Positions 47,017-58,268 of a stretch of DNA of 64,000 nucleotides are shown here, piece after piece. This DNA comes from an uncultured Algibacter sp. GTDB lineage: Bacteria; Bacteroidota; Bacteroidia; Flavobacteriales; Flavobacteriaceae. Below the pieces are notes generated by a model. It made no database searches, was not told the DNA's origin, and saw only the letters and a list, made by a program, of their open reading frames with translations. The stretch spans positions 103,410-167,409 of the forward strand of contig NZ_CANLGU010000006.1 in assembly GCF_947490405.1 (NCBI RefSeq), written 5' to 3'. A program made the translations under genes and the position numbers. Numbering within the stretch: the first letter of the stretch is position 1; each line of letters opens with the position of its first letter.

Positions 47017-49077
47017 TTGAAAACAATGTCCTCAACACCAGAAGCTAAAAAGATTGCTAAAGAACTAACGGTTCATAATGACACTCGAATTGATAATTAC
47101 TATTGGTTAAATGACAGAGATAACCCAGAAGTTATTGAGTACCTAAATGCTGAGAATGATTATACTAAGGCTAATATGCAACATACTGTAGCCTTTCAGA
47201 AAGTATTGTTTGATGAGATGAAAGGTAGAATTAAAGAAGATGATACCTCTGTTCCTTATAAATTAAATGGTTATTGGTATTTTACTAAATATCAAGAGGG
47301 CAAAGATTATCCCATTTATGTAAGAAAAAAGGAAACATTAGAAGCTGATGAAGAAATTTTATTTGATTGCAACAAATTGGCAGAAAAGCATGCCTACTTT
47401 AATCTAGGAGGTATTGCTATAAGTCCAGATAATACATTAGCTGCGTTTTCTACAGATATAGTAAGTAGACGGCAATATACCATTCAAATAAAAAATCTCA
47501 TCACTGGTGAGGTTTATTCTGATGAGATTATAAATACTACTGGAAGTATAACTTGGGCGAATGATAATAAAACGTTGTTTTATGCAATGAAAGACCCTGT
47601 TACCCTGCGTTCTCATAAAATATTTAGGCATAAATTAAATGCAGATTCTGATAAAGATGAAGAAGTTTACCACGAAGCCGATGAAACCTTTAATACTTTC
47701 GTATATAAATCAAAATCTAAGAAATACATCATTATTGGATCTTCAAGTACCTTGTCTTCTGAATATCGTTTTTTGAATGCAAATAATCCAGATTCGGATT
47801 TCACAATTTTTCAAAAAAGAACCAAGGATTTAGAGTATAATATTGCACATTATAATGATAGTTTCTATATAATTTCAAATATTGATGGTGCAAAAAATTT
47901 CAAAATTTCTAAAACCAGCGCGAATTGTACAACTAAAGAAAATTGGAAAGATGTTATTCCACATAGAAAATCTGTTTTAATAGAAGATATTGAAATTTTT
48001 AAGAGTTATTTGGTTATTAACGAGCGTGAAAACGGACTTAATAGGCTACGAATTATAAATTGGAATGGTAAAGAAGATTATTATTTACCATTCAATTCGG
48101 AAACATATACAGCATACATTGGCAATAATTCAGACTTTGAAAGTAATTTATTGCGCTATGGCTATAATGGATTAACATCGCCAAGTTCAATAATTGATTA
48201 TAATTTAAAAACTAAACAAAGTGAGGTAAAAAAAGAACAGCAAGTATTAGGGGGGAAGTTCAAGAAAGGAAACTACGAATCAAAACGTATATGGGCTACC
48301 GCTAGAGATGGTGTAAAGATTCCTATGTCTATTGTGTACAGAAAGGGTATTAAACTGGATGGAACAAACCCACTACTTCAATACGCTTATGGGGCTTATG
48401 GCTCAACAGTAGATCCTTCTTTTTCAAGCATTCGTTTAAGTTTATTAGATAGAGGTTTTATTTATGTCATTACACATATTAGAGGCGGGGAGTATTTAGG
48501 CAGAGAATGGTATGAAAATGGTAAGCTTCTGTTCAAGAAAAATACATTTACTGATTTTGTTGATTGTTCAAAATATCTAATCGAAAAAAAATATACATCA
48601 AAAGCGCATTTATATGCTTACGGAGGTTCTGCTGGTGGTTTACTTATGGGAGCTGTTATTAACATGAATCCTGAACTGTATAAAGGTGTTTTAGCAGCTG
48701 TTCCTTTTGTAGATGTAGTAACAACTATGTTAGATGATTCTATTCCTTTAACCACAGGTGAGTATGACGAGTGGGGAAATCCAAATCAATTAGAATATTA
48801 TAATTATATGAAATCGTATTCGCCATACGATAATATAGAAGCAAAAGCTTACCCAAATATTTTGGTTACTACCGGTTTGCATGATTCACAGGTACAGTAT
48901 TGGGAACCTGCAAAGTGGGTTGTAAAGTTAAGAGAGATGAAGACAGATTCTAATACCTTGTTGCTTCATACAGATATGGATTCTGGTCATGGAGGTGCCT
49001 CAGGACGTTTTGAAAGCCTAAAAGAAGTTGCGTTAGAGTATGCATTTCTTCTAGATTTAGAGGGAATTCATGGTTAA
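47017..49077 (+). CDS. ptrB: Oligopeptidase B (S9A)
   Basis: DNYYWL, GGSAGG, VPFVD, HDSQV, GHGG. Confidence 0.93.
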   Translation: MKTMSSTPEAKKIAKELTVHNDTRIDNYYWLNDRDNPEVIEYLNAENDYTKANMQHTVAFQKVLFDEMKGRIKEDDTSVPYKLNGYWYFTKYQEGKDYPIYVRKKETLEADEEILFDCNKLAEKHAYFNLGGIAISPDNTLAAFSTDIVSRRQYTIQIKNLITGEVYSDEIINTTGSITWANDNKTLFYAMKDPVTLRSHKIFRHKLNADSDKDEEVYHEADETFNTFVYKSKSKKYIIIGSSSTLSSEYRFLNANNPDSDFTIFQKRTKDLEYNIAHYNDSFYIISNIDGAKNFKISKTSANCTTKENWKDVIPHRKSVLIEDIEIFKSYLVINERENGLNRLRIINWNGKEDYYLPFNSETYTAYIGNNSDFESNLLRYGYNGLTSPSSIIDYNLKTKQSEVKKEQQVLGGKFKKGNYESKRIWATARDGVKIPMSIVYRKGIKLDGTNPLLQYAYGAYGSTVDPSFSSIRLSLLDRGFIYVITHIRGGEYLGREWYENGKLLFKKNTFTDFVDCSKYLIEKKYTSKAHLYAYGGSAGGLLMGAVINMNPELYKGVLAAVPFVDVVTTMLDDSIPLTTGEYDEWGNPNQLEYYNYMKSYSPYDNIEAKAYPNILVTTGLHDSQVQYWEPAKWVVKLREMKTDSNTLLLHTDMDSGHGGASGRFESLKEVALEYAFLLDLEGIHG

Positions 49078-49092
49078 TAAAAAAAAATGTTT

Positions 49093-49100
49093 TATTTTTG
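49093..49100 (+). promoter_or_regulatory. -7 promoter element upstream of the capA-like gene
   Basis: TATTTTTG matches TAnnTTTG. Confidence 0.5.
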
Positions 49101-49155
49101 TGCGGTTTAAACACTGATTATGTTACCACTTAGTCAATGTTTATAAAAAGCTTAT

Positions 49156-50196
49156 ATGAAACACAGAAATCAAGTATTTGATAATGTATTAGATTTAATA
49201 GGTAATACCCCACTTGTTAAACTTAATAGAATAGCTTCCAAGTTTAAAGGTAACTTTTATGCAAAAGTAGAATCCTTTAACCCAGGACACTCATCCAAAG
49301 ACAGAATAGCACTTTACATTATAGAAGAAGCCGAAAAAAAAGGTATTCTATCACCTGGTGATACTATTATAGAAACAACTTCTGGTAATACAGGATTTAG
49401 TATAGCTATGGTGAGTATTATTAAAGGTTATGATTGTGTATTAGCAGTAAGTTCTAAATCATCGCCAGATAAAATAGACATGTTAAAAACAATGGGGGCT
49501 AAGGTTTATGTTTGTCCTGCTCATGTAAGTGCAGACGATCCAAGGTCTTATTATGAGGTTGCAAAACGTCTACATGCAGAAATAAAAGGTTCTGTTTATA
49601 TCAATCAATACTTCAATCAATTAAACATTGATGCACATTACAAATCTACAGGCCCTGAAATCTGGGAGCAAACTAAAGGAAAGATAACGCACTTGTTAGC
49701 ATGTAGCGGAACAGGTGGAACCATTTCCGGAACAGCTAGGTATTTAAAAGAGCAAAATCCTGATGTAAAGGTTATAGGAGTTGATGCTTTTGGTTCTGTC
49801 ATAAAAAAATATCATGAAACTAGAGAGTTTGATGAAAAAGAAATTTATCCCTATAGAATCGAAGGTTTAGGTAAAAACTTGATACCTACAGCTACAGATT
49901 TTGATGCTATCGATGAATTTATAAAGGTAACTGATGAAGATAGCGCGCACACAGCAAGATTAATTGCTAGAACAGAAGGTATGTTTGTAGGTTATACTTC
50001 AGGTGCAGTTACGCAGGCTTTATTGCAATTAGGAGAAGAAAATCGTTTTAAGAAAGATGATTGTGTAGTGGTAATATATCCTGATCATGGTGCCAGATAT
50101 ATGAGTAAAGTTTATTGTGATAAGTGGATGAACGATCAAGGATTCTTTGATAGTGTTAATGAAGCTGCAGCTCAAAGCATACAATACATAAAATAA
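49156..50196 (+). CDS. PLP-dependent cysteine-synthase/CBS-family enzyme, probably cysteate synthase (CapA)
   Basis: [27 protein letters not shown]; directly upstream of a CapB-like gene. Confidence 0.75.
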   Translation: MKHRNQVFDNVLDLIGNTPLVKLNRIASKFKGNFYAKVESFNPGHSSKDRIALYIIEEAEKKGILSPGDTIIETTSGNTGFSIAMVSIIKGYDCVLAVSSKSSPDKIDMLKTMGAKVYVCPAHVSADDPRSYYEVAKRLHAEIKGSVYINQYFNQLNIDAHYKSTGPEIWEQTKGKITHLLACSGTGGTISGTARYLKEQNPDVKVIGVDAFGSVIKKYHETREFDEKEIYPYRIEGLGKNLIPTATDFDAIDEFIKVTDEDSAHTARLIARTEGMFVGYTSGAVTQALLQLGEENRFKKDDCVVVIYPDHGARYMSKVYCDKWMNDQGFFDSVNEAAAQSIQYIK

Positions 50197-50216
50197 GACA
50201 TTTTTAAATATACTTT

Positions 50217-50262
50217 AAGAGACGAATTTTTGCTTCGAAGTAAAAAAATCGTCTCTTTTTTT
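50217..50262 (+). terminator. Intrinsic terminator
   Basis: AAGAGACGA...TCGTCTCTTTTTTT. Confidence 0.7.
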
Positions 50263-50313
50263 GTTTTATCAATAATTGAGCATCAAAAATTATGTTCAAA
50301 CCAGATAAATATT

Positions 50314-50321
50314 TAATTTTG
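50314..50321 (+). promoter_or_regulatory. -7 promoter element upstream of the capB-like gene
   Basis: TAATTTTG matches TAnnTTTG. Confidence 0.5.
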
Positions 50322-50447
50322 CAGCAACTAACTAGAATAATAAGAGCTTATTTGTTTTCCTTAAAAGAAAGTTGAGTTATTTTCTTAAAAAGCCTTTCCA
50401 AATATTTAGTTACGACTTAAATTAATAGCAATAAGATTATTATATAA

Positions 50448-51707
50448 ATGAAAGATTTATTCGAAAAAATTTATAAAGACAAAGGACCTCTAGGTAAATG
50501 GGCATCTCAAGCTGAAGGTTACTTTGTATTTCCTAAGTTAGAAGGAGAAATTTCAAATCGCATGAAATTTCAAGGAAAAGATGTTATTACTTGGAGTATA
50601 AATGACTATCTAGGTATGGCAAACCACCCAGAAGTTAGAAAGGTTGATGCTGAAGCTGCTGCGCAATATGGTTCTGCATATCCAATGGGAGCGAGAATGA
50701 TGTCTGGTCATACAGATTTACATGAAAAACTTCAAAATGAATTGGCCGATTTTGTAAGTAAAGAAGCTGCTTATCTTTTAAATTTTGGTTATCAAGGCAT
50801 GGTTTCAACTATCGATGCTTTGGTTGCTAAAGATGATATTATTGTTTATGATGTTGATGCACATGCGTGTATAATTGACGGTGTGCGTTTGCATATGGGG
50901 AAGCGTTTTACTTATAAGCATAATGATGTTGAAAGTTTAGAGAAGAATTTAGAACGTGCTACTAAAATGGCTGAACAAACTGGCGGAGGAATTCTAGTAA
51001 TTTCTGAAGGTGTTTTTGGGATGCGTGGTGAGCAAGGACGTTTGAAAGAAATTGTAGCTTTAAAAAAGAAATTCAATTTTAGATTGTTTGTTGATGATGC
51101 TCACGGGTTTGGAACTTTAGGAGCTACAGGAGCAGGAGCAGGAGAGGAACAAGGTGTTCAAGATGATATTGATGTATATTTTGCAACATTTGCAAAATCT
51201 ATGGCAAGTACAGGTGCTTTTATTGCTGGAGATAAAGAAATTATTGATTATTTAAAGTATAATTTACGTTCTCAAATGTTTGCAAAATCTTTGCAAATGC
51301 AATTAGTGGTTGGTGCACTTAAGCGTTTAGAGATGCTTAAAACAATGCCTGAATTAAAAAAGAATTTATGGACAATTGTTGATGCATTACAATCTGGTTT
51401 AAAAGCTCGTGGTTTTGATATTGGAACAACACAAAGTTGTGTAACACCTGTATATTTAAAAGGAAGTATTCCTGAGGCGATGGCCTTAGTAAAAGATTTA
51501 CGTGAAAATTACGGAATATTCTGTTCTATAGTAGTTTATCCTGTAATACCTAAAGGATTAATTCTATTAAGAATGATTCCTACAGCTACGCATACTTTGC
51601 AAGATGTTGAAGAAACATTAGATGCATTTGATGCTATTAGAGATCGATTAGATAACGGGACTTACAAGCGCCTATCTGCAGCTTTAATGGCAGCAATGGG
51701 TGAGTAA
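50448..51707 (+). CDS. Alpha-oxoamine synthase, probably cysteate-fatty acyl transferase (CapB/CfaT, SPT-like)
   Basis: NDYLG, SGHT, EGVFGM, DDAHG, TFAKS; N-terminus KGPLGKWASQAEGYFVFPKLEG recalled as Flavobacterium CfaT type. Confidence 0.8.
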   Translation: MKDLFEKIYKDKGPLGKWASQAEGYFVFPKLEGEISNRMKFQGKDVITWSINDYLGMANHPEVRKVDAEAAAQYGSAYPMGARMMSGHTDLHEKLQNELADFVSKEAAYLLNFGYQGMVSTIDALVAKDDIIVYDVDAHACIIDGVRLHMGKRFTYKHNDVESLEKNLERATKMAEQTGGGILVISEGVFGMRGEQGRLKEIVALKKKFNFRLFVDDAHGFGTLGATGAGAGEEQGVQDDIDVYFATFAKSMASTGAFIAGDKEIIDYLKYNLRSQMFAKSLQMQLVVGALKRLEMLKTMPELKKNLWTIVDALQSGLKARGFDIGTTQSCVTPVYLKGSIPEAMALVKDLRENYGIFCSIVVYPVIPKGLILLRMIPTATHTLQDVEETLDAFDAIRDRLDNGTYKRLSAALMAAMGE

Positions 51708-51726
51708 TAAAAAGTATTAGAAAACT

Positions 51727-51761
51727 AAAAAATCCGATTCAATAATTGAATCGGATTTTTT
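51727..51761. terminator. Bidirectional terminator between convergent capB-like and GNAT genes
   Basis: AAAAAATCCGATTCAAT-A-ATTGAATCGGATTTTTT. Confidence 0.85.
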
Positions 51762-52881
51762 ATGTAATATTTTTTCGATACGTTTTCCTGCGTTTATAGA
51801 CTTCAGGGTCAAAATGCTTCCAAATTTTATGGATAGCTTCGTTGTCTTCTAACTCTGGCGTCCTAAAGCAGGTTTCGATGCCTTTTTCTTTAAATGTTTC
51901 ATAATACTCATTGAAAATAACAGCATGAACACCTTTATTTTGATAGTCCGGATGAATACCAATTAAATAGAAAATAACATCTTTACTATGTTTTTTTGCA
52001 TGTAATATATGTCTGAAACCAAAAGGAAATAATTTACCATTTATTTTTTGCAAGGCTTTAGCAAATGCTGGCATTACAATAGCAAAACCAACCATATTGT
52101 CATCTTTATCAATAACAAACTTTATATATTCAGGGTTAACAAAACTTATAAATTTCTTTTTAAAATACGCTTTCTGAACATCGTTAATAGCTACAAATGA
52201 GGATAAAGAGGCGTAACTTTCGTTAAATAAGTCAAACATTTTATCTGCATAAGGCATCACCTCTTCTGTAGTCGTTAACTTTAATGGTTTGAGTTGGTAG
52301 CGTCTTTTAATAAGCTCTTGCGCTTTTTTAAAAAATTCAGGTTTAACATTTTTAAAAGGGAATCTACTTTCAGAATATGATTTCTCAACAATATAGCCAA
52401 TAGCTTCGTAGTGTTTAATATAATATTCATGGTTATACCAAGTAATCATAGGTGCTATAGAGTTGAATCCTTCAGTCATAACACCAACCTTATCAAGATT
52501 CGAAAATCCAACAGGCCCTTCTAGATATTGTAAGTTATATGATTTTCCTATGCTTTCAACTTTATTCAAAAGGGTTTTTGATACCTCTAAATCATCAATA
52601 AAGTCAAACCAACCAAAACGCATTTTCTTTTGGTTTTGTTCTTTTACTTCAAGCCAATTAACAATTGCAGCAATTCTTCCAACAATTTCACCATTTTTAT
52701 ATGCTAAAAACATTCGTGCATCGGCATCGTTAAAAACGGGGTTTTCTTTTTTGTTAAATGTTTTAATTTCTTGACTTATAATGGGAGGAACCCAATATTT
52801 GGAGTCTTTATATAGCTTAAAAGGAAACTTAACAAATGCTTTAAGATCCTTTTTAGTTTTTACTTCTTTAAGTTTTATCAT
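51760..52881 (-). CDS. GNAT-fold acyltransferase, YghO/bacterial ceramide synthase-like
   Basis: F..FPF.LY...WVPP, VGRIAAI, RFGWFDF, GPVGFS, EGF, YN..YY, LIGIHPDYQNKG; likely start 52881. Confidence 0.75.
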   Translation of the reverse strand: MIKLKEVKTKKDLKAFVKFPFKLYKDSKYWVPPIISQEIKTFNKKENPVFNDADARMFLAYKNGEIVGRIAAIVNWLEVKEQNQKKMRFGWFDFIDDLEVSKTLLNKVESIGKSYNLQYLEGPVGFSNLDKVGVMTEGFNSIAPMITWYNHEYYIKHYEAIGYIVEKSYSESRFPFKNVKPEFFKKAQELIKRRYQLKPLKLTTTEEVMPYADKMFDLFNESYASLSSFVAINDVQKAYFKKKFISFVNPEYIKFVIDKDDNMVGFAIVMPAFAKALQKINGKLFPFGFRHILHAKKHSKDVIFYLIGIHPDYQNKGVHAVIFNEYYETFKEKGIETCFRTPELEDNEAIHKIWKHFDPEVYKRRKTYRKNIT

Positions 52882-52908
52882 ACTATATTGATGCAAATTG
52901 ATGGTTGG

Positions 52909-53931
52909 TTAATCATCAAAATCTATATCTTTCTTTTTTTGTTTTTTAATTTTTTCAGTAGGCTCAGCTTCTTTTTTTCTTTTCTTATTACTGCTCTTGC
53001 CTTTTCTATTTGCTCTTCTTTGTCCTTCGTCTTTTGCAGATGTACCATTATCAATCTCTTTGTCTTTATGGAAATCTAATCGGTATGAAGCTCCAAAATT
53101 AACACTAAATACTGATGGTGTATCTTTTGTGTTAAATGTAACAGCCGTATCTAATTGAAAATCTTTCCCCATTAAATAAGCACCTCCAAATCTAAAAAGG
53201 TTGTCAGCATAAAAATCACTTTGTATACCTTGAGTTTCTCCAAAAATAACCCATTTAGGACTAAAAGAATGTGTTAAAGTTAATATGTATTGAAAATCTG
53301 ATTGATCCGTTCCTATTCTATCTTTTATTAAGTTCATTACAAATACCCATCCACCAGAAAAGTTGTTTTGAGTTGCAACCATCACTTTTGGACTAAAACC
53401 TTCTATTCCTGTATAGGTGTAAGGATTGGGTTTGGTATCATAATTGGCACCAACATATACAGAAACTGCAGGGATTAAAGATTTCCATTTAAATTGTCGG
53501 TTAGCTTTCCAACTGTATAAGTTTGGTTTATCCTCTTCAGCATTTTTATATGGATCAAAAACTAAATACTTCGCACCTACAGCTAGAAACCTAAAGTTAG
53601 CGCGTTTATCCTCAGAAGAAAAACCTGATGTAAACGTTTTAGTATCATTTTGGTAAGTACCTTCAATATTAATTTCTAATTCTTCCAATAGCAGTCCATA
53701 ACGTGCAGCAAAATCAACGCCAAACCCTGATACTTCATAAGCTGCTGTAGGAGTTCGTTCTTCTTTTATTGTGTATGGACCAACTTCAAATTGAGCAACA
53801 TTAGTGCCGACGGAAAATGCACTGCGCGAAACTCCAGGTCTATTAGAGTTTATTACGTCAGTATACTGACAGAAAGCCTGTGTAGAAGTTAAAATTAGTA
53901 GGATTAATAAAGTAGATTTGAATGGGCTCAT
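52909..53931 (-). CDS. Outer-membrane beta-barrel 'transporter' family protein
   Basis: Signal peptide, NSNRPG...VG...Q.E motif, amphipathic strands, basic C-tail. Confidence 0.7.
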   Translation of the reverse strand: MSPFKSTLLILLILTSTQAFCQYTDVINSNRPGVSRSAFSVGTNVAQFEVGPYTIKEERTPTAAYEVSGFGVDFAARYGLLLEELEINIEGTYQNDTKTFTSGFSSEDKRANFRFLAVGAKYLVFDPYKNAEEDKPNLYSWKANRQFKWKSLIPAVSVYVGANYDTKPNPYTYTGIEGFSPKVMVATQNNFSGGWVFVMNLIKDRIGTDQSDFQYILTLTHSFSPKWVIFGETQGIQSDFYADNLFRFGGAYLMGKDFQLDTAVTFNTKDTPSVFSVNFGASYRLDFHKDKEIDNGTSAKDEGQRRANRKGKSSNKKRKKEAEPTEKIKKQKKKDIDFDD

Positions 53932-54074
53932 AATTATTAATTTAATTATTTCTTTACTAGAAGCGTTTTAGGCTTTTTTCAAATATAGATATTTTATACT
54001 TTTTTTATCATACTTCAACGTTTTTTAAGCCAATAGAATTGTATTTTTGTAGTCATTATTAATAAAAGTTAAAA

Positions 54075-54341
54075 ATGGGTTTATTAAGAACCATACTTAT
54101 AATTGCATTAGTGTATTACGGAATTAAGGTTCTATCTAGAATTTTTGCGCCTTTTTTACTTAAATATGCAGCTAAAAAAGCTGAACAACGTTTTGGTGAT
54201 CAATTTGGACAGTTTAATAAAGGGCAGCAAAAGCAAGATACTCAGAAAAAAGAAGGTGAAATAACTATTGATAAAATTCCAAATACTAAAACCTCCAATA
54301 AAGATGTAGGGGAGTATGTAGATTATGAAGAAATAGAATAG
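54075..54341 (+). CDS. DUF4834-like small membrane protein
   Basis: N-terminal TM; C-terminal GEYVDYEEI. Confidence 0.8.
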   Translation: MGLLRTILIIALVYYGIKVLSRIFAPFLLKYAAKKAEQRFGDQFGQFNKGQQKQDTQKKEGEITIDKIPNTKTSNKDVGEYVDYEEIE

Positions 54342-54547
54342 ATATTTGGTTTTTACTTTCTTCTAACATCTAATATCTTTTTTGCAAAACTCATACATAT
54401 AATATATTAGTTTTGTAGATAACAACTCTTAATTTTTTTGTTTTTTTATTTATGGAAAGTTTCATTTATTGTAACCTCTACTTTATATTTACGGAATTAA
54501 GAATTTAATTTGTTAATGCTCGTAACGAGCTTTCCTAAAACTTTTTC

Positions 54548-56995
54548 ATGCAACTTTCTTTTAAAAAAGTGTTACCTCACGTTCTAGTACTACTAGGTTT
54601 TGTAATCATTTCTCTGGTGTATTTTAATCCTGTTTTAAAAGGAAAGGTTATATATCAAAGTGATATAGTACAGTATATAGGCATGAGTAAGCAGCAAAAG
54701 GATTTTAAAGCTGAAACAGGCAAGGAAACTTACTGGACAAATAGTGCTTTTGGAGGTATGCCAACTTATCAACTTGGTGCTAGGTATCCGCATAATTATA
54801 TAAAAAAGCTTGATTCTATACTGCGTTTTCTACCTAGACCAGCAGATTATTTATTTCTGTATTTATTAAGTTTTTACATATTTCTATTAGTCTTAAAAGT
54901 AGATTTTAAGCTTGCAGCTTTAGGCGCAATAGCCTTTGGTTTTTCTACGTATTTAATTGTTATTCTAGGAGTTGGTCATAATAGTAAAGCACATGCTATT
55001 GCTTACATGCCATTAGTTTTAAGTGGTATTTTGCTTGTGTTTCAAAAACGGTATATTATTGGGTTTTTACTAACAGCAGTTGCAATGGGACTTGAATTGG
55101 TGGCAAATCATTTTCAAATGACCTATTACCTCATGTTTTTAGTAATAATATTAGGTATAGCTTATTTTATTGATGCTTTCAAAAAAAAGATGTTGCTACA
55201 TTACTTTAAATCCATTGGCGTTTTAGTAGCTGCAGTCGTATTGTCTGTCGCATTAAATGCTACTAACTTTTTGGCTACTAAAGAGTATGTAAAAGAAAGT
55301 AAACGAGGCAAAAGCGAGCTAACAATTAATCCAGACGGATCCCCAAAAGAGTTAACTTCAGGATTGGATAGGGAGTATATTACGCGTTATAGTTATGGTA
55401 TAGTAGAAACATTTAACTTGTTTATTCCTCGTTTTATGGGTGGTGGAAATTCAGAAGATGTTGGGAAAGATTCTGCAACTTATGAGGCTTTTAGAAAATT
55501 AGGAGCAAGTACCATACAAGCAGCTCAAGAAGCTAAACAAGCACCAACATATTGGGGTGATCAGCCTATTGTAGAGGCACCAGCTTATGTTGGAGCAGTG
55601 ATTTTGTTTTTATTCGTATTTGCTTTGTTTTTAGTCAAAGGAAGATTAAAATGGTGGTTAGTTGGGGGTACTATTTTTTCTTGGGTTTTATCTCTTGGGA
55701 AGAATTGGTTTTTGGTTACTAATGCAAAGCCTGATAGCAACCCGATAACAAATTTCTTCATAGACTTCTTTCCTTTATATGATAAGTTTAGAGCTGTAAG
55801 TTCTATTCAAGTTATATTAGAATTGTGCATTCCTGCTTTGGCTATTTTCGGTTTGGTTAGATTGTTTAATGACTTTGAACAGAGAGCGGATAAGCTAAAG
55901 GCTCTAAAATATACTACAATCATAACTGGCGGTTTAGCTTTAGTGTTTTTACTATTTAAATCGTCATTATTTGATTTTGTAGGAGTTAATGATGGGTTTT
56001 ATCGACAAAGTTTTGTGGATGCATTGAAAACTGACAGAAAAGCTATTTTTACACAAGACACAATTCGAAGCTTGATTTTAGTCATTTTATCGGCTAGTGC
56101 TATTTATTTGTTTTTAAAGGAAAAGCTAAAAGAACAATGGGTTATAGTAGCTTTTGCTGTTTTAATTCTATTTGATTTAGTTGGTGTAGATAGGCGCTAT
56201 GTTAATAATGATGACTTTGTTTCTAGTGTTAAAATGTCTAAGCCTTTTCAAGCTAGTGAAGTAGATAAATATATTTTGAATGATAAGAGTCATTATCGTG
56301 TTTATGATTTAGTTTCTGGTCGTTCAAAACCATCTTATTTTCATAATTCACTAAATGGTTATAATGCAGCAGAATTGAGACGCTACAGGGAGGTATTCGA
56401 TTTTTACATCGCTAGAAATAATATCAATGTATTGAATATGCTAAATACAAAATACATTGTTGCTCAAGATGAAAAAGGCGCAACCTTTCCTTATGAAAAT
56501 GATGAAGCCAATGGGAATGCATGGTTTGTTAAACGCTTAGCAAAAGTAGTGTCTGCAGATGCAGAGATTAAGGCGCTAGATAGTTTGGATAATAAAAATA
56601 AAGCTGTTTACACATCACATAAAGCAGTAGAATCCTTAAAAAATATTAAATCAAATTACCAGGTTGATTCCTTATCAACTATAAGTTTAGCAGTGCACAA
56701 ACCTAATTATTTAAAATACCAATCTAATAAACCAAATGAAGGTTTTGCAGTGTTTTCTGAGATATATTACCCTGAAGGGTGGAAAACATTTATTGATGGT
56801 AACGAAGTTAGTCATATACGTGTAAATTATATATTACGCGGAATGCAAATCCCTGCAGGCAATCACGTCATAGAGTTTAAATTTGATCCAGATGTGGTTA
56901 AAACTGGAAGCAAAATCACTTTAGCAAGTTCTATTTTATTTGGTTTGCTATTAATTAGTGGTCTGTTTTATGAGTTCAAAAAAAAGAATGAATAA
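54548..56995 (+). CDS. YfhO-family (GT-C-like) membrane protein
   Basis: WTNSAFGGMP, NHFQMTYY, YWGDQP, FRAVS, FSEIYY, NYILRG; many TMs. Confidence 0.85.
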   Translation: MQLSFKKVLPHVLVLLGFVIISLVYFNPVLKGKVIYQSDIVQYIGMSKQQKDFKAETGKETYWTNSAFGGMPTYQLGARYPHNYIKKLDSILRFLPRPADYLFLYLLSFYIFLLVLKVDFKLAALGAIAFGFSTYLIVILGVGHNSKAHAIAYMPLVLSGILLVFQKRYIIGFLLTAVAMGLELVANHFQMTYYLMFLVIILGIAYFIDAFKKKMLLHYFKSIGVLVAAVVLSVALNATNFLATKEYVKESKRGKSELTINPDGSPKELTSGLDREYITRYSYGIVETFNLFIPRFMGGGNSEDVGKDSATYEAFRKLGASTIQAAQEAKQAPTYWGDQPIVEAPAYVGAVILFLFVFALFLVKGRLKWWLVGGTIFSWVLSLGKNWFLVTNAKPDSNPITNFFIDFFPLYDKFRAVSSIQVILELCIPALAIFGLVRLFNDFEQRADKLKALKYTTIITGGLALVFLLFKSSLFDFVGVNDGFYRQSFVDALKTDRKAIFTQDTIRSLILVILSASAIYLFLKEKLKEQWVIVAFAVLILFDLVGVDRRYVNNDDFVSSVKMSKPFQASEVDKYILNDKSHYRVYDLVSGRSKPSYFHNSLNGYNAAELRRYREVFDFYIARNNINVLNMLNTKYIVAQDEKGATFPYENDEANGNAWFVKRLAKVVSADAEIKALDSLDNKNKAVYTSHKAVESLKNIKSNYQVDSLSTISLAVHKPNYLKYQSNKPNEGFAVFSEIYYPEGWKTFIDGNEVSHIRVNYILRGMQIPAGNHVIEFKFDPDVVKTGSKITLASSILFGLLLISGLFYEFKKKNE

Positions 56996-58268
56996 AAAAA
57001 AGGTGCTTATCTTAACCTATTACTGGCCACCAGCAGGCGGACCAGGAGTTCAACGTTGGTTAAAATTTGTAAAGTATTTACCAGAATTTGATATTGAGCC
57101 GATTGTATTTGTTCCAGAAAACCCTAATTACCCCTTAGTTGATGAGAGTCTTGCCTCCGAAGTGTCTGAAGATATTACAGTGATTAACCACCGTATAAAT
57201 GAGCCTTATAGATGGGCTGGGTTTCTTTCAAAATCATCATCTAAAACTATAAGTAAAGGTATTATTTCTGATGAGAAAGAACAGTCTTTCATAGAGAAAG
57301 CAATGCTTTTTGTTAGAGGAAACTTTTTTATTCCTGATGCTAGGATAGGTTGGGTTAAACCTTCGGTATCATTTCTGCTGGATTATATTCAAAAAGAACA
57401 TATTGAAACTATTATTACTACAGGACCACCACATAGCGTTCACTTAATAGGATTTAAACTAAAAGAAAAATTAAATATTAAGTGGTTGGCAGATTTCAGA
57501 GATCCATGGACAACTATTGGATACCACAAAAAGCTTAAGTTGACTTCTGCTTCAAAGGCAAAGCATAAATTGCTAGAGAGACAGGTTTTAAACAATGCGG
57601 ATCAAGTTGTTGTGACAAGTTCTGTAACTAAAAAAGAGTTTCAAAGCATCACCAATAAGCCTATTGAAGTTATTACAAATGGCTACGATGATGCGGATAG
57701 TATTGATTTCAAAATGGATTCTAAGTTTTCTTTATCACATATTGGCTCATTATTATCTAAACGAAACCCGGAAGTATTATGGAGGGTTCTAAAAGATTTA
57801 ATGGAGGAGCAAACTGAGTTTTCTAATGATTTTCAGCTTAATTTTGTGGGTTCGGTTAGTGATCATGTGTTAAAATCCATCAAAAACAACAACTTAAGTA
57901 ATTGTGTTAACGAAGTGGGTTATGTTTCACATAATGAGGCTATTGTGTTTCAAAAAAAATCCCAAATATTACTCCTCATTGAAATTGATTCTGAAGATAC
58001 CCGCTCTATCATTCCAGGGAAGTTATTTGAGTATATGGTTTCTAATAGGCCTATCCTAGCTATAGGGCCAGAGAGTTCTGATGTTGAAAAAATCATAAAA
58101 GAAACGAATACTGGTCATTACTTTAATTACTCAGATTATGACTCGTTAAAAAGAATTATATTAGAGCATTACAAAGCGTTTAAAAATAACACTTTGCAAT
58201 CTTATCCAATTGGTTTGCAAAAGTATCACAGAAAGGCGCTTACAAAATCTTTAGCTAAGTTATTATAA
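56988..58268 (+). CDS. Glycosyltransferase family 4
   Basis: YYWPPAGGPGVQR, TGPPHS, DFRDPW, PGKLFEY. Confidence 0.9.
   Translation: MNKKKVLILTYYWPPAGGPGVQRWLKFVKYLPEFDIEPIVFVPENPNYPLVDESLASEVSEDITVINHRINEPYRWAGFLSKSSSKTISKGIISDEKEQSFIEKAMLFVRGNFFIPDARIGWVKPSVSFLLDYIQKEHIETIITTGPPHSVHLIGFKLKEKLNIKWLADFRDPWTTIGYHKKLKLTSASKAKHKLLERQVLNNADQVVVTSSVTKKEFQSITNKPIEVITNGYDDADSIDFKMDSKFSLSHIGSLLSKRNPEVLWRVLKDLMEEQTEFSNDFQLNFVGSVSDHVLKSIKNNNLSNCVNEVGYVSHNEAIVFQKKSQILLLIEIDSEDTRSIIPGKLFEYMVSNRPILAIGPESSDVEKIIKETNTGHYFNYSDYDSLKRIILEHYKAFKNNTLQSYPIGLQKYHRKALTKSLAKLL

Noticed and set aside
46931-47048. Extended ybaB N-terminus and the 88-aa + strand ORF
   Set aside because: They overlap the divergent promoter region and ptrB start; no family signal.
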